This document shows, in pieces, positions 24,048 to 35,113 of a DNA stretch of 64,000 nt. Both the position numbers and the translations under genes were made by a program. How positions within the stretch are numbered: position 1 is the first letter of the stretch; each line of letters starts with the position of its first letter. The notes under the pieces were generated by a model, which saw only the letters and a program-made list of their open reading frames with translations, was not told where the DNA came from and searched no databases. Origin of the DNA: Nitrosopumilus sp. (GTDB lineage Archaea > Thermoproteota > Nitrososphaeria > Nitrososphaerales > Nitrosopumilaceae); the NCBI GenBank assembly GCA_965223425.1, contig OZ245003.1, positions 1,728,001 to 1,792,000 on the forward strand. Direction: 5' to 3'.

Positions 24048-24837
24048 CCTACTGCAGACAGGATGACCCGTCTGGTAAAAAAGGCCGAGACATCAGAGCA
24101 GCTAGAGCAGCTAATGCCGGACAGAACCATCATAATTGACGGCACCGAGGCGGTGCCAAGGCAGCGCCAGCAGTACAGGGATAAAAGAAAAGACGCGTAC
24201 TCTGGCAAAAAGAAGCGCTTTACTATTAACACCACCATAACAACAAACAAGGCAGGCCTGATACTTGCAGCAGGCAGGTTCTTTGAGGGCGGGACGCACG
24301 ACCTTGCCATGATAAGAGAGGATCCGACAGACTGGCAGGTGGTCTGAATCCATGTACAAAAAGGACACGCCCGAAAAGGACAGGATACGGGTGCTTGCAG
24401 ACAAGGGGTACCGGGGATGCCAATCACTACACGGGAATAGCACTTGAGATGCCGGAAAAAAAGAGGCCGCGGACGGAGCTGACGCAGCGGCAAAAGGACT
24501 CCAACAAAAGGATCAGCGCCAAGAGGGTAAAGGCGGGGGAGCACGCCATCGGAAGAATAAAGCAGCGTGCAAGGATGACAGACCCGTACGACGGCACGAT
24601 GGAAGAGTTTTGCGAGGAGCTGCTGTGTGTACAGGCCTTGCAAACTTTGGTTTGCTGTGGGATGCAAAGAAAAAGCGGCCGTCACTTGATTGTTGACGGT
24701 ACGATACAGGGTGCATGATGCATGGAATGGTGTGTGCGCACATGTGCGCTTGAATTCTCCCGGATCTGTTGAGTGATCGTATATTTTGTGCCAGACGGGT
24801 CATTTTTTGGACCTGTCTTTGTATCTTGATGGCTTGC
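24048..24837 (+). pseudogene. IS5-like (ISL2/DDE_Tnp_4 type) transposase remnant
   Basis: IIIDGTE, YSGKKKRFT, ADKGY and RVKAGEHAIGRIK across several frames. Right end near GGACCTGTCT. Confidence 0.75.
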
Positions 24838-24996
24838 GCTGTAGAAAAAAAATTTGGCTGGTCAATTATGCATAATGTCTCAGACACTAGTCATTATGGA
24901 GCAAAAAAGAACCTGCAAGGGAATATGCAAGCAATTCAAGGTGAAAAAACCCAAAATCTTAGTACATTTTTATTGTATTGGAATAGATTGGGTTCA

Positions 24997-25890
24997 ATGA
25001 TTGTAAAAACAAAAACAGTACCGATTTTGATACTCCCATTATTGATGGTGTTGGTAGTTGCCAACATGTCAGTGCAAGCGGAACCAGACAACTGGAAGGA
25101 TGACCTCACTTCGTATGAGGTATTCGTACTGTCCAACATGCCAAATCTACAGAACGCCACAGACGCTGACCAAGAGAGCTACGTCAAGGACTTCAGGGAA
25201 GAATTGGCAAAGCTTACTGGATATGAAGCTGTGTATATTGATAAGATAAACGAACTTGCCAAGGCTCATTACACCCTAGAGGATGCCATAAAGGCCAACT
25301 TGAGCCAAGACAAAATAGAAGAGTATGAATCACAGAAGGCTCTCAAGTTCTTTGAACTGGAGGATCTGGGGATAACTACCCAAGATAGGTTTGATGCCAA
25401 TCCCGAATACTGGATAAACAAGGCCATAAATGCCAAACAAGACATCGAGAACCAGGATACAAAAAGCGTGTCTGGTAACAACGACTCCGACGGAATATAT
25501 TATGTCCACCAATCCGATCTGGCCTTGAAGAGGACCGCTATACTAACGTGGCCTTGTTGGCCAGGTGTACCGTGTCCGATAGTAAACCATGGATGGAATG
25601 CCGGCACTTCTACATCTGAGATATGGTTCGTACCTACCAACGGACAGGTATCGTTCCGACACGCTGTGTGTTTGGATGACGATACTCATCACGATAGCGT
25701 AAGTTTCAATGTGCGTATAAAACAGGACATACATAGTATCATACAAATGGAACTGCATGCGGTTGACTCGACATTCGGACGTACATTGTATGGTGAGGGA
25801 CAATGCTATCAGTCCGTTGACAACGAGGACATAGACGCAGGAAGTAGGGCAGGAATGAGTACTGGAATAAGCAACATATCGCTAAACTGA
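24997..25890 (+). CDS. Secreted hypothetical protein
   Basis: Signal peptide MIVKTKTVPILILPLLMVLVVANMSVQA; ATG at 24997 is preferred over the called 24769. Confidence 0.7.
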   Translation: MIVKTKTVPILILPLLMVLVVANMSVQAEPDNWKDDLTSYEVFVLSNMPNLQNATDADQESYVKDFREELAKLTGYEAVYIDKINELAKAHYTLEDAIKANLSQDKIEEYESQKALKFFELEDLGITTQDRFDANPEYWINKAINAKQDIENQDTKSVSGNNDSDGIYYVHQSDLALKRTAILTWPCWPGVPCPIVNHGWNAGTSTSEIWFVPTNGQVSFRHAVCLDDDTHHDSVSFNVRIKQDIHSIIQMELHAVDSTFGRTLYGEGQCYQSVDNEDIDAGSRAGMSTGISNISLN

Positions 25891-25891
25891 T

Positions 25892-26134
25892 ATGTTTACC
25901 TTCCTTTTTTATTTAGGATTAGGATTGATTTTTCTTTCAGGTATGATGTTCAGCTTCACAGGTGTAGTATCAGCGAACATTTTGTCCGAGGTTATAATAG
26001 AGGCAACCGAGCCTGCACTTGCTATAAAGCCCCAGTTCGACGAAAATTCACATAATAACGCCATATTGCAGGCAGTATACGCAATGCCGGTATTGGTGAT
26101 TGGTACGATCTTGGTAATCCGGAACAGAAAGTAG
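25892..26134 (+). CDS. Small two-TM membrane protein
   Basis: Starts 1 nt after the upstream stop; two hydrophobic segments. Confidence 0.65.
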   Translation: MFTFLFYLGLGLIFLSGMMFSFTGVVSANILSEVIIEATEPALAIKPQFDENSHNNAILQAVYAMPVLVIGTILVIRNRK

Positions 26135-27594
26135 ACGGCACCCTGTAGATAATGCTTCAGATTAAATCACCGAAAATGCTCAAAAGTCCTGATGGGTTAA
26201 CAGAACCTAACAAACTATTCGTGTTTAATTAATGGTAAAAACACTCGTTCGCAAAGAAGGATTCTGTAACGTTATGGTGACCTGAAATATGGATCTTCTC
26301 TGGATTGAAAATCTATACGCTCAACGATCAATTAACACTTGACAACATCTTAAAAAAACTATTTTTTGGTGATCAATTAGGGATTGTCGCCAAATTCGAC
26401 CAAATAATAATTTTGTAATTTTTCACGCATATTGATCAGATAGGCGTGGGTTCCCAATGACTCACCATAAGAAACGTGATCAGTACTGAAAGTACCATCA
26501 CGATGCCCACACCCGAGAACTGGATTTTCTCACATCCCATATAGTTTCTTTGATTGTGGAGAATCAGTCCTGTACATTAGTTTGTTGTAACAATTCGGAT
26601 TTCTGGAGTGAATTTTGGGGTGCCGAAAGAGATAAAGATCACGGCTAGAACACACATGTGATGCCGGCGGAGTTTGATCCTACCCGCGTAGACTGGAACA
26701 ACCAAGACACAAACTATCTCTTTAAGCATTTCAAATCAGTGTTTGATCAGGAGAGAAGAGAGAGAAGGTCGTTGGAAGAAAAAGTCAAGCAGCAAGGCGA
26801 CACAGTCAAGCAGCAAGGCGACACAATCAAGCAGCAAAATGATACAATCAAGCAGCTGGAAGAAGAGAACAGGCAGCTAAGGACAGGATCCACAACCCAA
26901 AAGCCGGCCAGGAAGGCAAGAAGCTACAATGTGAGAAAATTCAAGGAATATCCGCGGCCAAAAAGCGACAAAAATACCGGGATGCGCGGCAGGAAACAAA
27001 AGACTGACATCCCAGTCACAGACCACAGGGACGCAGACATTTCATATTGTCCCGGATGCGGTCTCAGACTTGCAGACAGCAGTGGTACCTATTACGACCG
27101 CGACATAACAGACATACAGGACGGCAAGGCGCGCCGCATCAGATGGAACGTGGCGCGCCGCTACTGCAGGAACTGTAAAACGTCACACTCTGCACGCATA
27201 CCAGGCACCCTGTCCGGCTCTCAGTATGGAATCACGATAATCTCCCAGGTCGTGCTGATGCGCTGCATGGGAATACCGTTTGAAAAGATAACCGACCTAT
27301 TTGACATGATACACGGGATACAAATCCCGGGTTCAACGCTGGTCTCCATGTGCGAAAAGGCGGCATGCCAGATGAGGCCAGTCTACGACGGACTGCTTGC
27401 AGGGATGATTCACAGGGCCCGTGCCATATACGGGGACGAGACTGGATGGTTTCTCAGCGGACTGCATTACTGGGTATGGGTTCTAGTCTCCGCACACGGC
27501 GTGATATACCACATATCATCGACGCGCAGCAAGCAGGTGGCAGAGGCACTGGCAGGTGAGTTTGACGGAACTGTAGTATCAGACTCGTATCTTA

Positions 27595-28792
27595 GTGTGT
27601 TGCATAACTCAGCATGACCACATCCTGTTCGTCCCAGGATCCATGCACTTGCTCCCCTACATTGCTGCTGCCACCCACCGGTTGTACATGGCAACCCTCA
27701 TCCTTACCTCTCTTACCATGCTCTCCCATTTGCGTGAGAGCAGATGCTCTCCGAACATACGCTTGAATGCGGAGATGATTACCTCTATTCTCCACCTTTT
27801 GCCGTACCCTACAGTCGACTTCCAGTATCTTCTGTTCTCCTTTTTCTGTTCCGCCGTCCGTCCCTTGACGTGCATGTCTGCGCTGCCTCCCAGCTGCTCT
27901 TTCACGGCCCGGTTCCACGCCTTGCCGTCATCGCCCCTGCCGCTCTCAGTAAAGTCCGGTTTGAGGGGCACAAGCGGCTCGATGCCCTTCTTCCTGCACG
28001 CATTCATGTTTTTCTTGGAGGCGTACGCGCAGTCTGCAAGCAGGCTGGCACTTGGCACTTCTTCTTCCCTGCCGCCTGCCGAACCGGCAAGCGGAGAGAC
28101 TCCGTCTGCAAGCATGTTTGGCCTCTTTCTCGCATCGTCCTTCCCGGTCTTGGCAAACGGTTCGGCTGCTGCCTGATCCAGCAGATCCTGCAGTACCGGC
28201 GAGTCGCCGGTTCTGTCGTCTGTGACTACGGCAGCCAGTATCATGCCGGTGTCCGCATCTGCCAGCAGGTGCATCTTGATGTATCCCTTGCGCACCACCT
28301 TCCACTTGTCGCGTATCCATTCTCCGCGGTTCCACTGTCTGAGTCCGGTGGCATCGGCCACCAGGGTTACGTGCCGGGATGTATCGTGAACGTATATGGC
28401 GTTGCCGTGAATGTTAATGTCAAATTTCTCCATTCTTCTGCACAGCGTGGTATAGTGCGGCGAGTCGTGTCCCTCAAGCATCTTATCTGCCATCCCGGAC
28501 AGCTGCCTGAATGGAACGCCGAGGGCGGTTCTCAGTGCGGCTGCCATCATGATCATGGTGTCTGCATACTGGAACTGGGCCCCCTCCTTGCCGCAGTTGG
28601 CCTGCTTTACCTCGCAGCTCCAGTCAGGGTTGTACTGCACCACCAGCTCTGCACCCCGCCGGACGTACTTTGCATTGTCGGCCAACACTTGGAGCATGCT
28701 GTCATGATCTAAAGCTTTTTCGGTCAGAAACATGTGTGTTTGTTGGTCAGTTTAAACTGCGTGGTGGATTTTAGGCGTGTTATGCAACAAGC
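27595..28792 (-). mobile_element. IS5-family element with intact 358-aa transposase (27657-28733)
   Basis: IR GTGTGTTGCATAAC / GTTATGCAACAAGC; VADATG, KMHL, ADCAY and YGKRWRIEVIISAFKR motifs. Confidence 0.9.
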
Positions 28793-28794
28793 TA

Positions 28795-29195
28795 ACGTCT
28801 GCCGGTTCGACGCCACGGACTGCAGACATGACCAGGTCTGCATCAGGCGTACGTGCACCCGTGTCTTGAAGCCTGTTGTGCCGTACGAGGGATTCTACAA
28901 ACGTGTTTCTCTCAGACGCCCTGATTGGCACGTCCAGTATGTCGCCGCATCCGTATACGGCGTTGTGCCTCTCAGACATTGGCATGCCAAGCTTTTGAAA
29001 CGACGAGCGCAGGATTTTAAACCGGTTTGATGTTATATTGTACTGGTGTGCGATCAGATCGTCGTGTAATTCGACTTTCATGACGTCTTGCACACCGTAA
29101 CCTAATCTGGATCTTTGCATTGCAATATGCGGTAACGCACCGGCATCTGGGCACAAGCATACATCTGGGCACAAATCTACATCTGGGAACTACTG
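28795..29195 (-). mobile_element. ISH3/IS4-like element, truncated copy (left end only)
   Basis: Near-identical to 60193-60594 and cut off by the IS5 element. Confidence 0.9.
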
Positions 29196-29796
29196 ACGTC
29201 ACACAAAGGCTGCAGGACAGGATAGACGCACTGGCACGGCAGTCATACGACGACGCGGACTGCCGGAGGTACGCAAAAAGGCTCAAAAGGGAGGGGGATC
29301 AGCTGCTGACGTTTCTGGAGCACGGCGTGGAATACCACAACAACAAAAGCGAGGGGGCCCTGAGGATGTTTGCCACCATGCGCAAGGTCAGCTACGGCAA
29401 CAGGTCCGAGAAGGGCATATACATCACAGAGACGCTGGCAAGCATATACGTCACATGCAGGATGCGCGGTGCAAACCCGTACAATTTTATCCTGGAATGC
29501 CTTGAGGGCGGCAGCAACAGAACCGACGGGATTCCCATGGCCTGTCCGGACAAAACTGCGGCAGTCAAAAAGTGTGTCTGTGCCTAAAACGCCGCAACAT
29601 CGACACATGGCGTGGGGCTGAGTGGCGTTTTTGCCGATTTTGAACTGTCACGGTATAACGGGGCGTGATTTGTCTGTCAAAATAAATCCCACACAACTCC
29701 ACAAATCTGAATAGTTACATGATCTCAGGCTTGGGACACATTTCGCTTAGCTGATATTGGTTAAATTCACTTCAAAACTCTACAGTTACGAAAAAA

Positions 29797-30027
29797 TTAA
29801 TTTGTCACACGAAGGGTGATAGTACTCCGAATTTTTTGCAGTTTTCTAATTTTTGAGGTAATTATTGCATTCATTTGGGACGGAGTGTCTGTAACAAATT
29901 CAGCAACAACGTCATAGCTGCCGTAAGTTATCAGACAGTTTTTGACTTCTGGAATGTCTTTCAGTTGGGAACAAAGTGAGTGCTCTTCCCCTATTTCACA
30001 GCTAATTAGCATGTATGCCTTGTCCAT
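29797..30027 (-). CDS. Lrp/AsnC ligand-binding domain protein
   Basis: KAYMLI, ITYGSYDVV and IRSTITL motifs. Confidence 0.9.
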   Translation of the reverse strand: MDKAYMLISCEIGEEHSLCSQLKDIPEVKNCLITYGSYDVVAEFVTDTPSQMNAIITSKIRKLQKIRSTITLRVTN

Positions 30028-30092
30028 CCCATCATATCTTAGGGATACACCAACTTAAAGACATCTGAGGAATTATTTCAGCAAGGCAGATC

Positions 30093-31289
30093 TCAAAAGC
30101 CAGCAAGCATGGGATCGTTTGGCTTCATTATCTCTCTTAGCAAAATTGTTGCAAAAGAACCTCTAGATAATGAAAACTCTACAGTATCGTCATATGATGA
30201 ATATTCAGAGCAATGTAGTGCAGCTTGTCTAAAACCACCCCCACTGCTTACTTCCTGCATTTCTTTTATGAAAAAATCTTTTGGTGCAATCTCCTCTTGT
30301 TTCAATATTTTTGAGATTTGATAATCAAATCTTGTTTTTTTATAATAGGAATATCCAACAAAGGGCAATGCTAAACGTTGATCTGATCCTTTCACATATT
30401 TTCCAATTATCCCTTTAGAGTCAAAACAGATATCACTTGGTTGTGCTTCAAAAAGGGCCTCACCATCAGAGAAAGCCAAACTTAGCGACTGGTTAAAGAT
30501 AAAAGACTGGTATGCTTGGACGTAAAACCTTCTTAGCGATATGGGAACAGAGCGAATTGAATTAAGAGTGTTGCCATGTTCAATCATCCCTTTTAGGACG
30601 ATTCTTTCAATGTCCATTTGAGGAGGAACTTGATCAAAATATTTTTCATAATTTTCTTTATCAGCAAGTTTTTCACGGATTTCAGTATTTTCCTTAGAAT
30701 CATAAGCAGACGTAAATGACAGTATTAATTCAACTGCCTTTTGGAAGTCTCGCTGTAAAATTGCTTTCCCAATAAGATGGGTGACGGGCCTTTTTGAACC
30801 AAATCGCTGATAGCCATAAAAATTTAGAATTTTGTCACATTCAACAAAAGAAGATAGGCCATCAGTGCCTTCAGAGACTTTTATTTTGAAATGATTTGCA
30901 ACCATATCTTTTTTTGACAATGGCTTTTCTACAAAACCAATTTTTTCAATAGAATATCTGTCTGTTGAAAAATTTTCAATTGCTTTTCCCTTATTTCCAG
31001 AACAAACAAATTGCTCAGTTATTGCAGAGGCATCTTTTAACCCAAGGGCCTTTAAACGGGTTCCTTTCTTCCGAAAAACATCAGACAATGCATGGTTGGT
31101 GTCAATCTTTTTCTTTTTTAGTTTGTAAACAGCATAACCTTCTTGATCACTTATGGAATTTTGTGCTTTCTGGGAAATTACTTCTGATACCTGAAAATCT
31201 TCAGGCTCGGCTCGAATTCTTCCACCGATTCCGCCAAATTTTGTGCTGTAAACACTGATACCAATCTGGGAATCTAGGTTTGGGATCAC
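30093..31289 (-). CDS. truD: tRNA pseudouridine(13) synthase
   Basis: PEDFQVSE, GLKD, NFYGYQRFG and GSFATILLRE motifs. Confidence 0.95.
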   Translation of the reverse strand: MIPNLDSQIGISVYSTKFGGIGGRIRAEPEDFQVSEVISQKAQNSISDQEGYAVYKLKKKKIDTNHALSDVFRKKGTRLKALGLKDASAITEQFVCSGNKGKAIENFSTDRYSIEKIGFVEKPLSKKDMVANHFKIKVSEGTDGLSSFVECDKILNFYGYQRFGSKRPVTHLIGKAILQRDFQKAVELILSFTSAYDSKENTEIREKLADKENYEKYFDQVPPQMDIERIVLKGMIEHGNTLNSIRSVPISLRRFYVQAYQSFIFNQSLSLAFSDGEALFEAQPSDICFDSKGIIGKYVKGSDQRLALPFVGYSYYKKTRFDYQISKILKQEEIAPKDFFIKEMQEVSSGGGFRQAALHCSEYSSYDDTVEFSLSRGSFATILLREIMKPNDPMLAGF

Positions 31290-32890
31290 TCTATTGTCAC
31301 TGTAATGAATTTACTAACTGCAATATCAGAAGACTGTGCCCCAAGCAGGATTTTGTACGTACCAGATATAGCATCTTCTGAGGCAGAAATTGTTGTGCTA
31401 ACCGGTATTGAAGAATCAGAATCTAATTGAAACTCCTGAAGAGTATCGTCTCCAAGTTCAACGTTAAGGAAATCATGGGTTGGAGACAAAATTAGTGAAA
31501 CGTTCATCAAGTCCTTTTGGGATTGAGAAGATGCAACAAAGTTGAAATGTTGCGAGCCTCCGGGACTAAGAGAGAGGGTATCAGATTCTAGCTGAATTTC
31601 TATTGGCAATGGCACCGAAGTGTCAACTACGCCAATATTGTTCTCGACCCATTCAGTAAACCAGATTTTGTCACCATCCACAGCAAAATCAAAGACCTGT
31701 GCCAAGCCACAGTCAGATAGCAGCACGCCAGTCCCAGGATCACAGTCGGCCCACAGTGGATTCTTTGAAGGAATTTGATATTCTACAAGAGACTGAGACT
31801 TTGGATCCATTACAGAGATGTTGTTTGCAGTTTGCGCATTAAAAACAATACGCCCTTGGTCATCTGTATCAATCCAATAAGGTCTAGATATCGGAGATGT
31901 TACAATTCCTGTTTGGTTGCCATACGTACTAACTAATGGTTCGGCAGTAACGTATCGAGTAAATTGCTCAGTCAAAGGATCAAAATTAAAAAAGAACGAG
32001 GAGGTCGTGTCTGCCAACCAAATTGTTCCATCATTGTCTATCACTGCCCCATTTGGAGTAAGTAATTCTGGAGGTAACGTGTAAAGTTCTACAAAATTAA
32101 GTAAAGGAAGAAATTCTTCGCCGGAAGTTGCAACAGCATCAGAATATCCATTTTGATTAAATTTAACCAAAACTCCGCCCTGTTGGAACAGCCAATTAGT
32201 ATACCAGACATTATCGTTTGCATCAACTGTAAAATCTGCAGTTACAGAACCATCAATAAGTGATGGAACGTTAAGATAATTCACATCGCCGCCTGATTGA
32301 GTTGGATCCAAGAACGTGAGTTTGTTTCCAGTAAAATCATTGATAATAATTTGAGAGCCATAGATTTGGAGTTTTTGAGGCAAAGAATTTCCGTTAGAAG
32401 GATATGCTAACCTTTCGTATTTTTCATCAAGGGTTGAAAATTTCCAAACGGAATCAAATGCTTCATCAGTAAACCATACTGAGCCATCTGGCGCATAATC
32501 AATTCCCCACATCATTGAGCGACTACCAGGCGGCCAAGAAGGATTATCATATTCGGTAAATGTTTCAGAGGTCGGATCAAATTTTGCTACTTTACCAGTA
32601 TTGGTCTGAGTGAACCAAACATTTCCATCATAATCAGTTGCAATCGCTAATGGATTTGTACACGGTGTTGGAATTGAGAATTCTTGCACATAATCAGTAA
32701 ACTTTGCATCACCAGAACCACAAAATTGTGCACGCTGTTCATCAGGAAAATTATCAGCCGGAGTTCCCGTGACGGTGGTATCAAGTTCGTCATTTGGGGT
32801 AAGTCCCGGAACTGCGATCGTAACTCCAGAAGTAACCATGATTCCGCCTAAAAACACAAATGCCAAAATTCCCTTAGTTTTCTTTTTCAC
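31286..32890 (-). CDS. Secreted Vgb-lyase-like beta-propeller protein
   Basis: Signal/anchor helix and repeated DGNVWFT-type blades. Confidence 0.85.
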   Translation of the reverse strand: MKKKTKGILAFVFLGGIMVTSGVTIAVPGLTPNDELDTTVTGTPADNFPDEQRAQFCGSGDAKFTDYVQEFSIPTPCTNPLAIATDYDGNVWFTQTNTGKVAKFDPTSETFTEYDNPSWPPGSRSMMWGIDYAPDGSVWFTDEAFDSVWKFSTLDEKYERLAYPSNGNSLPQKLQIYGSQIIINDFTGNKLTFLDPTQSGGDVNYLNVPSLIDGSVTADFTVDANDNVWYTNWLFQQGGVLVKFNQNGYSDAVATSGEEFLPLLNFVELYTLPPELLTPNGAVIDNDGTIWLADTTSSFFFNFDPLTEQFTRYVTAEPLVSTYGNQTGIVTSPISRPYWIDTDDQGRIVFNAQTANNISVMDPKSQSLVEYQIPSKNPLWADCDPGTGVLLSDCGLAQVFDFAVDGDKIWFTEWVENNIGVVDTSVPLPIEIQLESDTLSLSPGGSQHFNFVASSQSQKDLMNVSLILSPTHDFLNVELGDDTLQEFQLDSDSSIPVSTTISASEDAISGTYKILLGAQSSDIAVSKFITVTIE

Positions 32891-32935
32891 AAATGAAAAA
32901 TCATAATTGCCTTGTTATATCTTATTCCAAATAAT

Positions 32936-33289
32936 CTAGAGTAGTTTTAAATCGCCTGTTACTTTGTCTACCATGCTTTCAGGGGCAGGGCCAATAGATA
33001 CGCACGTAGTGGTTCCAGGAGCTATTTGGGTGTGTCCGGCATCGGTAACTTCAGACCAAGGAAGATTCAAGTCAATTGCATGTCTTTTAACTTCATCCAG
33101 GCTTTTTATCCCATCAACTTTAACTACAACCTTTTCTTGACCATTCCACCATTGTTCATACCATTCAGGATGGGACTTTCTTACATGCTCTGCGCCAAGA
33201 ACACAGGCATGCCCTACTTGAGCAGCTATCTTTCCCTTTCCCATCTCTAGATCAGTCCTAACAGCAATCACCTGTTTGATGTCACCCAT
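32936..33289 (-). CDS. pth2: Peptidyl-tRNA hydrolase 2
   Basis: MGKGKIAAQVGHA and DAGHTQI motifs. Confidence 0.95.
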   Translation of the reverse strand: MGDIKQVIAVRTDLEMGKGKIAAQVGHACVLGAEHVRKSHPEWYEQWWNGQEKVVVKVDGIKSLDEVKRHAIDLNLPWSEVTDAGHTQIAPGTTTCVSIGPAPESMVDKVTGDLKLL

Positions 33290-33355
33290 GTTGTTACCAG
33301 ATACAGGCTTAATGAAAAACTTTTGAATTAAATAATTGACAAAGAAACAAAATCT

Positions 33356-34492
33356 ATGGACTTTGATGTGGTAGTTGCCGGAGGCAGTGTTGCAGGGTTG
33401 TTATGTGCAAGAGAAGTTGCTTCAAACGGATTTTCAGTACTTGTGGTTGAAGAAGATTATGAAATAGGAACCCCTGAACATTGCGGGGGATTGGTAAGCA
33501 TGGCGGGGCTTGAAGAGCTAGGGGTAATTCCATTTAGAAAAACTTTTGATCATATGATAGAATCTGCTAAAATCACAGCACCGAATGGAAATAGTTTTAC
33601 GATTAATTCAAAGAAACAAAAAGTAGTCGAAATTAGCAGAAGAGAGTTAGACAAACAGATAGCTTTTCAAGCTCAAAAAAACGGAGCGATAATTAAAGTC
33701 AAGACAAGTTTCCAAGAGATCACAGAGACCGGGATTAGAACAAACGAGGAAACAGTTGTTTGCAAGGTTTTTGTTGATGCAAGAGGGGTTTCGTCACTGA
33801 TACAAAAAGACAGAACGGGATTTTTATCATCAGCACAGTATGAAATTTACGCTGATTGGGTTAAAAAAGGAAAAGTAGAAGTGGTTTTTGATCAAGAAAA
33901 ATATCCAGGATTCTTTGCATGGATAATTCCATCAAGTGGCGGTAAAGGAAAAGTAGGAATTGCTGGAAGAGGAATCAACGTAGCTGAAACGCTAGACAGT
34001 ATACTACAAGAAAAAGGAAACTATTCAACAATTAGAAAAATTTTTGCCCCAATCTGGGTAAAAGGCCCCATTGCAAAGTTTGTAGAAGGAAAAACAGTAA
34101 TCGTCGGGGACGCTGCAGGGCAGGCAAAACCAACCACTGCAGGAGGAATTTTTACAAGTGGGATGGGCGGAATTTATGCAGGAGAGGCAATATCCAAATT
34201 TTTAAAAACAAACAGCACAGCAGATTTAGAACAATATCAAAAAAAATGGACAGAACGGTTTGGCAAAGAGTTTGAAAAACAGGCATTTGCAAGAAAAGTT
34301 TTAGAAAGAATAGACAACGAAACAATCAACAAATTATTTGATTCAATTACACCAGAGATCGTAGCAGAGATTTCAGAAAAAGATGGTTTTGATTTTCATA
34401 CTGGTTCAATTGTCAAATTGCTAGGAATGAAAGGATCAATTAAGACAGCACAAACTCTAATTGGTGGAGAAATCAAAAAATTACTCAGCTAA
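33356..34492 (+). CDS. Geranylgeranyl reductase-family flavoprotein
   Basis: VVAGGSVAG, HCGG and VGDAAGQAKPTTAGGI motifs. Confidence 0.9.
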   Translation: MDFDVVVAGGSVAGLLCAREVASNGFSVLVVEEDYEIGTPEHCGGLVSMAGLEELGVIPFRKTFDHMIESAKITAPNGNSFTINSKKQKVVEISRRELDKQIAFQAQKNGAIIKVKTSFQEITETGIRTNEETVVCKVFVDARGVSSLIQKDRTGFLSSAQYEIYADWVKKGKVEVVFDQEKYPGFFAWIIPSSGGKGKVGIAGRGINVAETLDSILQEKGNYSTIRKIFAPIWVKGPIAKFVEGKTVIVGDAAGQAKPTTAGGIFTSGMGGIYAGEAISKFLKTNSTADLEQYQKKWTERFGKEFEKQAFARKVLERIDNETINKLFDSITPEIVAEISEKDGFDFHTGSIVKLLGMKGSIKTAQTLIGGEIKKLLS

Positions 34493-34597
34493 AACGTGCT
34501 CAAATTCCAGCTAGGCGAAATGCCTCAAATCTGAGATCAGATCAGCGGTTTGGTTCTGCACATGAGAGTGGTTTCCTTAATCATTTAGCTTAGCTGA
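34485..34597. mobile_element. MITE family B copy
   Basis: TCAGCTAA...TTAGCTGA termini; shares CTCATGTGCAG and TGATCTCAG cores (reverse complement) with 12996-13168. Confidence 0.55.
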
Positions 34598-34639
34598 ATT
34601 CTAAGGAAGGTATAAATGATGTTGGCAGAAAATCGGGAT

Positions 34640-35105
<466 letters not shown>

Positions 35106-35113
35106 GTGGTTTT

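Larger units (their letters stand above)
26587..29718 (+). mobile_element. IS66-like element disrupted by nested IS5 and ISH3 elements
   Basis: IR GTAACAATTCGGATTT / AAATCTGAATAGTTAC. 5' transposase part 26658-27594 (CPGCG, CRNC, GDETGW, VVSD); 3' part 29196-29587 (NNKSEGALR). Confidence 0.85.

Noticed and set aside
26195-26349. Further IS6-like MITE remnants (AACAGAACC at about 26200; GGATTCTGTAACGTTAT at 26259)
   Set aside because: Probably related (shares ATGGATCTTCTC with 10446-10529) but too degenerate to define boundaries.
27744-28712. 322-aa plus-strand ORF and similar long antisense ORFs in IS and core genes
   Set aside because: Shadow ORFs opposite well-supported genes.
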